Shown: one piece after another, positions 28,001-32,000 of the stretch
How the letters are laid out: the number at the start of each line of letters is the position of its first letter
Position numbering within the stretch: the stretch's first letter is position 1
DNA from: Candidatus Saccharimonadota bacterium
GTDB lineage: Archaea > Micrarchaeota > Micrarchaeia > Micrarchaeales > Micrarchaeaceae
DNA: 32,000 bases
Reading direction: 5' to 3'
NCBI GenBank assembly: GCA_963705375.1
Contig: OY970071.1
Span: 180,001-212,000 of the forward strand
Made by a program: the position numbers and the translations under genes
The notes under the pieces: model-generated
Database searches by the model: none
Told to the model about the DNA's origin: nothing
Seen by the model: the letters and a program-made list of their open reading frames with translations, nothing else

Positions 28001-31000
28001 AGCAACAGCCCTCACATCAAACTCCAACCCGTCAACATACACATCTTCGATAATGTTCACCGCTACGGTATCTCCATCAGTTCCGAACGGCGAGACAGTC
28101 ACATTCTATGACAATTCTATACAGATCGGTACGGGCATAACATCTTCAAGCACCGCAACCTTCTCCACAAACTCACTCATAGCAGGCACTCATCCAATAA
28201 CCGCAACATACTCTGGCGATTCCAACTTCATTACAAGCACAAGTTCCGCAGTCTCTCAGGTCGTCAACACAAGGTCTACAGCAACAGCCCTCACATCAAA
28301 CTCCAACCCGTCAACATACACATCTTCGATAATGTTCACCGCTACGGTATCTCCATCAGTTCCGAACGGCGAGACAGTCACATTCTATGACAATTCTATA
28401 CAGATCGGTACGGGCATAACATCTTCAAGCACCGCAACCTTCTCCACAAACTCACTCATAGCAGGCACTCAGTCAATTACGGCAACATATTCCGGCGATT
28501 CCAATTTCATAGGCAGCACAAGCACCCCAATATCTCAGGTCGTCAACGATAAATCCACCACAACAAGTCTTGTCTCTAACGCAAACCCATCAACATACAG
28601 CAACACAATCACGTTCACCGCCACAGTGTCCCCATCAGTACCAAATGACGAGACAGTAACATTCTATAACAGCGGAACGCAGATCGGAACCGGAACGACC
28701 TCTTCAAGCACTGCAATGTTCACAACCAACGCACTTGTTGCTGGAACTCAATACATTACGGCAACATATTCCGGCGACTCTAACTTCACCGGCAGCACGA
28801 GTTCCGCATTCTCACAGACAGTAGACAAGGAATCAACAATGACAAGTCTGATTTCAAGCGCTAACCCATCACTTTATGGCTCTAATGTAATGTTCACAGC
28901 CACAGTGTCGCCATCAGTTCCGAACGGCGAAAGCATAGTCTTCTATGCAGGCACTGTGACTCCTGCAAACCTCATTGGAAGCTCAACAACCTCTAGCAGC
29001 GCTGCAACACTGACAACGGCTTTCTTTAAGACCGGCACTGCGCAGATAACGGCTGCGTATGAAGGCGATGCCAACTTTGTAACAAGCAACAGCATTCCTC
29101 TATCACAGACGCTCAATCCAGTTACTGGACAATCCGTTCTGGTGAGCACCACGCTAAATTCCATAGACGTAGGCTCAGCAGCCACAGTATCTGCAAGCCT
29201 TTCAGGTCTCTTGTTCAACACTAGCGCGGCAACATACTCGTGGAGCACGACCGGCTCATGCCCTGATTATGTGAATCCTGGCAACGTTCAGTCGTTCGTT
29301 TACTATTCGACAGCGTTAGGGACAACAGCAAACTGCAGATTCTCAGTTTCAGTGCATGACGCATACGGCAATTCAGGATCGGGAATCTCAAACACATTTA
29401 CAGTAGACGCAATCCCAACAGTGTCTGTATCAGGCACAGCAATTGCAGATGATAGCCAAACAATAACGCTCACGGCGACGGCAACAGGCACGGGCCTCAC
29501 ATACCAGTGGTACAATGACACGACCAACACGCCAGCCCAGATTGGCGGTGCAACATCCAACGTATTTACTGAAACAGCGAACGTTGTAGGCACATTCTAC
29601 TATTATGTAGTGGTCACTGACCAGAACAATGCACAAGTCAGGTCTGGAGACTCTGAGGTCGTGGTATATGCACTGCCTACGGTCAGTGTCTCAGGCACAT
29701 CAGCCGCAGACACAGGTCAGACCATAACCCTTACCGCGGCAGCGACAGGCACGGGCCTCACATACCAGTGGTACAATGACTCCACAGGAACGCCTAGCCA
29801 GATACACGGTGCCGTGTCCAGCACACTAACAAAGACTGCAGTTTCGGCAGGCACACTCAAGTATTATGTGCTGGTCACAGACCTTAATGGCAAGCAAGCG
29901 CAATCAGCAAATTCGACTGTTATAGTCTCGGCACCTCCAACAGTCAGCACCTCAGGCACGACCACTGCAGACGTTGGCCAAACCATAACGCTCACAGCAA
30001 CAGCATCAGGAACCGGCCTGACTTACCAGTGGTACAATGATAGCACAGGAACACCAGTTGCAATCACATTAGGCGGAACATCGAACACGTTCACTGAAAC
30101 AGCGAACGTCGTAGGCACATTCTACTATTATGTAGTGGCCACAGACCAGAACAACGTACAGGCAAGGTCTGCAGATTCCGAAGTGATGGTTTCTGCACTG
30201 CCGACAGTCAGCATCTCAGGCACTTCTGCCGCAGACACAGGCCAGACCATAACCCTTACCGCGGCAGCGACAGGCACTGGCCTCACATACCAGTGGTACA
30301 ACGACACCAGCACACCAATCCAGATTCATGGAGCAGTATCTAACACATTGACAAAGACCGCAGGTGCGACAGGCACGTTCAAGTACTATGTCATAGTTAC
30401 AGATTCTAACAACGAGCAGGCACAATCCGCTGATTCGCAGGTTGTCGTTTCAACGGTGCCAGTGAACAGCGGAGTCGAAGTCTCAGGCACGACCACTGCA
30501 GACGTTAGCCAAACCATTACACTCACAGCAACAGCCACAGGCACAGGCTTGACATACCAATGGTACAATGACACGACCAACACGCCAGTTCAGATAGCAG
30601 GAGCAACATCCAACGTATTTACTGAAACAGCAAACGCAATTGGAACATTCAACTATTATGTTGTGGTCACAGACCAGAACAACGTACAGGCAAGATCTGC
30701 AGATTCCGAAGTGATGGTTTCTGCACTGCCGACAGTCAGCGTCTCAGGCACTTCTGCCGCAGACACAGGCCAGACCATAACCCTTACCGCGGCAGCAACG
30801 GGCACTGGACTCACATACCAGTGGTACAACGACACCACAGGAACGCCTGGCCAGATACACGGCGCAGTGTCCAGCACGTTAACAAAGACGGCAGGTGCGA
30901 CAGGCACATTCGAATACTACGTTCTGGTCACAGACCTGAACGGCAAGCAGGCACAATCAGCAAATTCACCTGTCACAGTCTCGGCACTGCCGACAGTCAG

Positions 31001-31868
31001 CACATCAGGCACGACTTCTGTCGACACAGGCAACATAATAACATTTACAGCAACGGCAACAGGCACTGGTCTGACATACCAGTGGTACAATGACAGTGGA
31101 GAGGCTCCGGCCCAGATCGCTGGTGCAACGTCCAACACATTAACAAGGACTGCTGGCGCTACAGGGGCTTTTGATTATTATGCTGTTGTGACCGACTCCA
31201 ACGGCGAGCACGCACAATCTTCTGATTCTGAGGTCCTGGTATCTCCTGCACCGACAGTAAGCGTTTCCGGCACAACTGCAATTGACACAGGCCAAACCAT
31301 AACGCTCACAGCAACAGCTACTGGCACGGGCCTGACATACCAGTGGTACAATGACACAACAGGAACGCCGATCAGGGTGCGCGGAGCGATATCCAGCACG
31401 CTAACAAGAAGGGCGGGCACAATAGGCACGTTCAAGTACTATGTAATGGTTACAGATCTGAACAACGAGCAGGTGCAGTCTGCAAACGCATCAGTGCTGG
31501 TTTCAGTACTGCCGGCAGTCAGCGCATCAGGCACTGCTGCAGCAGATGCAGGTCAGGCAATAACCCTGACAGCGTCAACAACGGGCGGAACAGGCCCAAT
31601 GTCATACCAGTGGTACAATGACAGCGGGGAAGCACCGGCCCAGATTGCAGGCGCAACATCCAACACGTTCGCTGAAACAGCGAACGTCGTAGGCACATTC
31701 TACTATTATGTAGTGGCTACTGACCACTATGGCAATCACGCACAGTCGTCTCCAGACCTGCAGGTGGTCGTGACACCTTCACCGACAGTAAGCGTTTCGG
31801 GCACATCTTCAGCAGACGTCGGCCAGAGCATAACACTTAACTCATTGCGACAGGGACAGACCCACTAA
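22026..31868 (+). CDS. Giant secreted/cell-surface modular repeat protein (3280 aa in this frame; continues in another frame to at least 31996)
   Basis: Signal-peptide-like N-terminus (MATRTRKFNPMLLLISVVLLLKVCPYVGAW), a unique ~150-aa domain, then the repeat arrays listed separately. The single ORF spans 9.8 kb. The composition is Thr/Ser/Asn/Gly-rich, as in archaeal surface proteins. No membrane anchor is visible before the window ends. Confidence 0.85.
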   Translation: MATRTRKFNPMLLLISVVLLLKVCPYVGAWTSTGATVTWQGHSYPVFDAGIDAGCTSTIYNNNANSNSKVTCNEGPWYNPGSVSVTLTYAGTGPDFYCDNSSCATQSSLPQDWKYVDAYKITGTSGGFSPASWSSSDNTSELYFIFKYNPGTLGIGAGGLSARFYTTTIPQGPASTSTSLVASNSTYYPQYNNYYANYGTPITITATVSPAPSNGDTVTFYDSWNYGTASVLGTATIQNGVAKFTTRALLGEWHGITANFSGDSSYKTSTSPALGITMYKVNSTTSLSSSSNPSTYTSSITFTATVTPTPPNGETVTFYDSGTQIGTGTTSGGVVTFTTTTLTPGTHSITARYPDDYYSLYTSTSPALSQTVNKEPTAISLTSNSNPSTYGTSVIFTATVSPSVPNGETVTFYNGGTQIGIGTTSGSTATFTATTLAAGTYSITATYSGDSNYIGSTSSAVSQVVSKVSTTTSLSSSPNPAIQGTSVTFTATVSPSVPNGETVTFYSINNGTQIGTGTTSGSIATFTTNTLTAGTRSFTATYSGNSNYASSTSSAVSQAVNKVSTTTSLSSSFNPSIHGASVTFTATVSPSVPNGETVTFYDNSVQIGTGTTTSSSVATFTTNALTAGTHSITATYYGDAHFLGSSSTLSQTINAGTPTATSLTSSINPSTHGTSVTFTATVSPSVPNGETVTFYNGGTQIGTGTTSGSVVTFTTAVLAVGTDPITATYSGDVNFFGSTSSAVSQTVNKQPTIISLNSNATQSLYGSAATFTARISTPIIPNGETVTFYDGTNQIGTSFTSNSTAILTTDGLAAGTHSITATYSGDSNFTSSTSSAVSQVVTKLSASTYTPSTWVLQSNTLSVGEQGQSCVKANSYIYCMGGLNYPTTVQSAQILSNGGTSAWASSSNTLSYSSAFHSCVSANGYVYCMGGEYSPAGVEYAKILGNGQLGQWHAQNASAQLSAGVQGLSCVTVNSYIYCMGGYNASTSTYLGNIQYAQISSGGGATGPWHLQSANTLVAGLAYGSCVTANNYIYCMGGVGYPTTIEYAPIVANGVVGSWQTMNPSNIYLPVSLYMGSCAAAAGSIYCMGGQNANAVQYARILNGSGTSAWTLQNASMQLAVGAMYHSCIAANNYLYCMGDNNNRNSIQYTPLVTPTTTSVNSNNNPSTYGASVALTAAVFPAVPNGQTVTFYDNSIQIGTATTSNSNATIASSTLAIGTHSITARYSGYTNAKGSISAVLSQIVKTPTTTSLTSSANPSAYGNSITFTATVSPSIPNGETVTFYDSANQIGTGTTAGSVATFSTNALATGTHQITATYSGDSNFVTSTSSAVSQVVNTKATTTSLASSANPSTYGNSVTFTATISPSVPNGETVTFYDNGATIGTSTTFASVATFATNAFTAGTHPITATYAGDSNFVTSTSSAVSQVVNKKPTATSLASSANPTTYGNSITFTATVSPSVPNGETVTFYDSSNQIGTGTTSANVATFTTNAFAAGTHPITATYSGDSNFVGSTSSAVSQIVNKKSTTSTLISGANPSTYGNSITFTATVSPSIPNGETVTFYDSANQIGTGTTAGSVATFSTNTLVTGTHPVTATYSGDSNFVTSTSSAVSQVVNTRSTSTALTSNSNPSTYTASITFTATVSPSVPNGETVTFYDSANQIGTGTTSGSVATFSTNALTAGTHPITATYSGDSNFVTSTSSAVSQVVNTKSTATALTSNSNPSTYTASITFTATVSPSVPNGETVTFYDSANQIGTGTTSGSVATLSTNALTAGTHPITATYSGDSNFITSTSSAVSQVVNTKSTATALTSNSNPSTYTSSIMFTATVSPSVPNGETVTFYDNSIQVGIGTTSSSVATFTTNAFTAGTYQITATYSGDSNFVTSTSSAVSQVVNTKSTATALTSNANPSTYTASITFTATVSPSVPNGETVTFYDSANQIGTGTTSGSVATLSTNALTAGTHPITATYSGDSNFITSTSSAVSQVVNTRSTATALTSNSNPSTYTSSIMFTATVSPSVPNGETVTFYDNSIQIGTGITSSSTATFSTNSLIAGTHPITATYSGDSNFITSTSSAVSQVVNTRSTATALTSNSNPSTYTSSIMFTATVSPSVPNGETVTFYDNSIQIGTGITSSSTATFSTNSLIAGTQSITATYSGDSNFIGSTSTPISQVVNDKSTTTSLVSNANPSTYSNTITFTATVSPSVPNDETVTFYNSGTQIGTGTTSSSTAMFTTNALVAGTQYITATYSGDSNFTGSTSSAFSQTVDKESTMTSLISSANPSLYGSNVMFTATVSPSVPNGESIVFYAGTVTPANLIGSSTTSSSAATLTTAFFKTGTAQITAAYEGDANFVTSNSIPLSQTLNPVTGQSVLVSTTLNSIDVGSAATVSASLSGLLFNTSAATYSWSTTGSCPDYVNPGNVQSFVYYSTALGTTANCRFSVSVHDAYGNSGSGISNTFTVDAIPTVSVSGTAIADDSQTITLTATATGTGLTYQWYNDTTNTPAQIGGATSNVFTETANVVGTFYYYVVVTDQNNAQVRSGDSEVVVYALPTVSVSGTSAADTGQTITLTAAATGTGLTYQWYNDSTGTPSQIHGAVSSTLTKTAVSAGTLKYYVLVTDLNGKQAQSANSTVIVSAPPTVSTSGTTTADVGQTITLTATASGTGLTYQWYNDSTGTPVAITLGGTSNTFTETANVVGTFYYYVVATDQNNVQARSADSEVMVSALPTVSISGTSAADTGQTITLTAAATGTGLTYQWYNDTSTPIQIHGAVSNTLTKTAGATGTFKYYVIVTDSNNEQAQSADSQVVVSTVPVNSGVEVSGTTTADVSQTITLTATATGTGLTYQWYNDTTNTPVQIAGATSNVFTETANAIGTFNYYVVVTDQNNVQARSADSEVMVSALPTVSVSGTSAADTGQTITLTAAATGTGLTYQWYNDTTGTPGQIHGAVSSTLTKTAGATGTFEYYVLVTDLNGKQAQSANSPVTVSALPTVSTSGTTSVDTGNIITFTATATGTGLTYQWYNDSGEAPAQIAGATSNTLTRTAGATGAFDYYAVVTDSNGEHAQSSDSEVLVSPAPTVSVSGTTAIDTGQTITLTATATGTGLTYQWYNDTTGTPIRVRGAISSTLTRRAGTIGTFKYYVMVTDLNNEQVQSANASVLVSVLPAVSASGTAAADAGQAITLTASTTGGTGPMSYQWYNDSGEAPAQIAGATSNTFAETANVVGTFYYYVVATDHYGNHAQSSPDLQVVVTPSPTVSVSGTSSADVGQSITLNSLRQGQTH
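22548..24554 (+). repeat. Ig-like array 1 with 7 tandem ~93-aa units (bacterial Ig-like group-3 / Big_3_5-like pattern)
   Basis: Recurrent ...NPSTYG.S(V/I)TFTATVSPSVPNGETVTFYD...QIGTGTT....ATF.T..L.AGTH.ITATYSGDSNF..STSSAVSQ.V.K. The first unit is degenerate and longer. Confidence 0.8.
24555..25487 (+). repeat. Six Kelch-like beta-propeller blades (49-56 aa period)
   Basis: The tac-tgc-atg-gg (YCMG) anchor occurs at 24657, 24804, 24957, 25125, 25281 and 25431. Each blade reads SC(V/A/I).AN.Y(I/V/L)YCMGG....... (Y/S)A.I...G....W, giving the Kelch-type GG doublet plus conserved Y and W. Confidence 0.7.
25488..29123 (+). repeat. Ig-like array 2 with 13 tandem 279-bp (93-aa) units
   Basis: 3636 nt = 13.0 x 279. 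Same unit consensus as array 1. The central units (about 26880-28480) are near-identical at the DNA level. Confidence 0.85.
27903..28470 (+). repeat. Apparently perfect back-to-back duplication of one 279-bp unit
   Basis: 27903-28181 and 28182-28460 read identically by eye, with 0 mismatches found. Identity continues for ~10 nt into the next unit and breaks at ggcactcaTCC versus ggcactcaGTC. Confidence 0.8.
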
Positions 31869-31996
31869 GATACCAGTGGTACAACGACACAAACGCGATA
31901 CGACATCGAACAACCCAAGCATCAGGAACAGCGAACTTCGTTGAAACCGCAGGCGCAACAGGCACATTCCACTATCAGGCAGTGGTCACTGACTAA
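29409..31996 (+). repeat. Array of at least 10 tandem ~87-89-aa YQWY-type Ig-like units
   Basis: Unit consensus (A/P)LPTVS(V/T)SGT..AD.GQTITLTA.ATGTGLTYQWYND(T/S)TGTP.QI.GA.S..(F/L)T.TA...GTF.YYV(V/L)VTD.N..QA.S..S.V.VS. The YQWY anchor occurs at 29502, 29763, 30024, 30288, 30555, 30816, 31077, 31338, 31605 and 31871. Confidence 0.85.
31841..31996 (+). pseudogene. Frame-shifted continuation of the giant gene (10th YQWY unit), ending in an in-repeat stop
   Basis: The frame beginning at 31841 reads LIATGTDPLRYQWYNDTNAIRHRTTQASGTANFVETAGATGTFHYQAVVTD*, a recognisable repeat unit, whereas the annotated frame reads ...SITLNSLRQGQTH*. This is either a real disruption or a sequencing/assembly error. 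Confidence 0.55.
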
Positions 31997-32000
31997 ACAG

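Noticed and set aside
25825-31435. Many 60-100-aa minus-strand ORFs inside the giant gene (for example 30128-30313, 30656-30907 and 31178-31435, with the recurring LYHWYVRPVPVA)
   Set aside because: They are the antisense image of the YQWY and Ig repeats. They recur only because the sense repeats recur, they have no independent start or SD context, and they are fully nested in a far longer sense ORF.
22548-31996. Highly regular direct repeats (279-bp and ~261-bp periods) that could superficially suggest a CRISPR array or satellite DNA
   Set aside because: All units lie in one long open reading frame and encode coherent Ig-like modules. There are no unique spacers between short conserved repeats and no cas genes. 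These are coding tandem repeats.
1-32000. Mobile elements, prophage, a defence island or tRNA-linked integration
   Set aside because: No integrase, transposase or recombinase motifs, terminal inverted repeats, tRNA genes, or recognisable restriction, toxin or Cas domains were seen in any of the six frames supplied.

Overview
Everything here comes from reading the sequence and the supplied ORF track; no database search or computation was run. The window looks like an archaeal chromosomal segment. Evidence: a TFB-type cyclin core, RtcB, protein-L-isoaspartate methyltransferase, and A/T-rich TATA-like boxes about 25-30 nt upstream of several start codons, with apparently leaderless or GTG starts. 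I saw no rRNA, tRNA, CRISPR array, transposase or integrase.

Gene content, left to right:
- A truncated membrane protein and lemA (minus strand).
- A tightly packed four-gene plus-strand operon: an ABC ATPase, two ABC-2 permeases, and a Zn-ribbon/TM/Thr-rich/transglutaminase-like exoprotein.
- Housekeeping genes (pcm, a MazG-like NTP pyrophosphohydrolase, an SDR, rtcB) interspersed with orphan genes.
- A minus-strand unit with a stand-alone protein made of three cation-diffusion-facilitator C-terminal domains, an MgtA-type P-type ATPase, and a small 3-TM protein.
- A highly unusual regulator candidate with nine tandem Cro/C1-type HTH modules fused to a TFB cyclin core that lacks the Zn ribbon and B-reader.
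- A giant gene (at least 9.8 kb, at least 3280 aa) that runs to the window edge. It encodes a signal peptide, a unique N-domain, 7 Ig-like units, a 6-blade Kelch-like propeller, 13 more Ig-like units (some DNA-identical tandem copies), one odd Ig/PKD-like domain, and at least 10 YQWY-type Ig-like units. Its last unit carries a 1-nt frameshift and an in-repeat stop.

The strongest candidates for undescribed biology are the 9xHTH-TFB chimera, the triple-CDF-CTD/MgtA module, and the giant modular surface protein.
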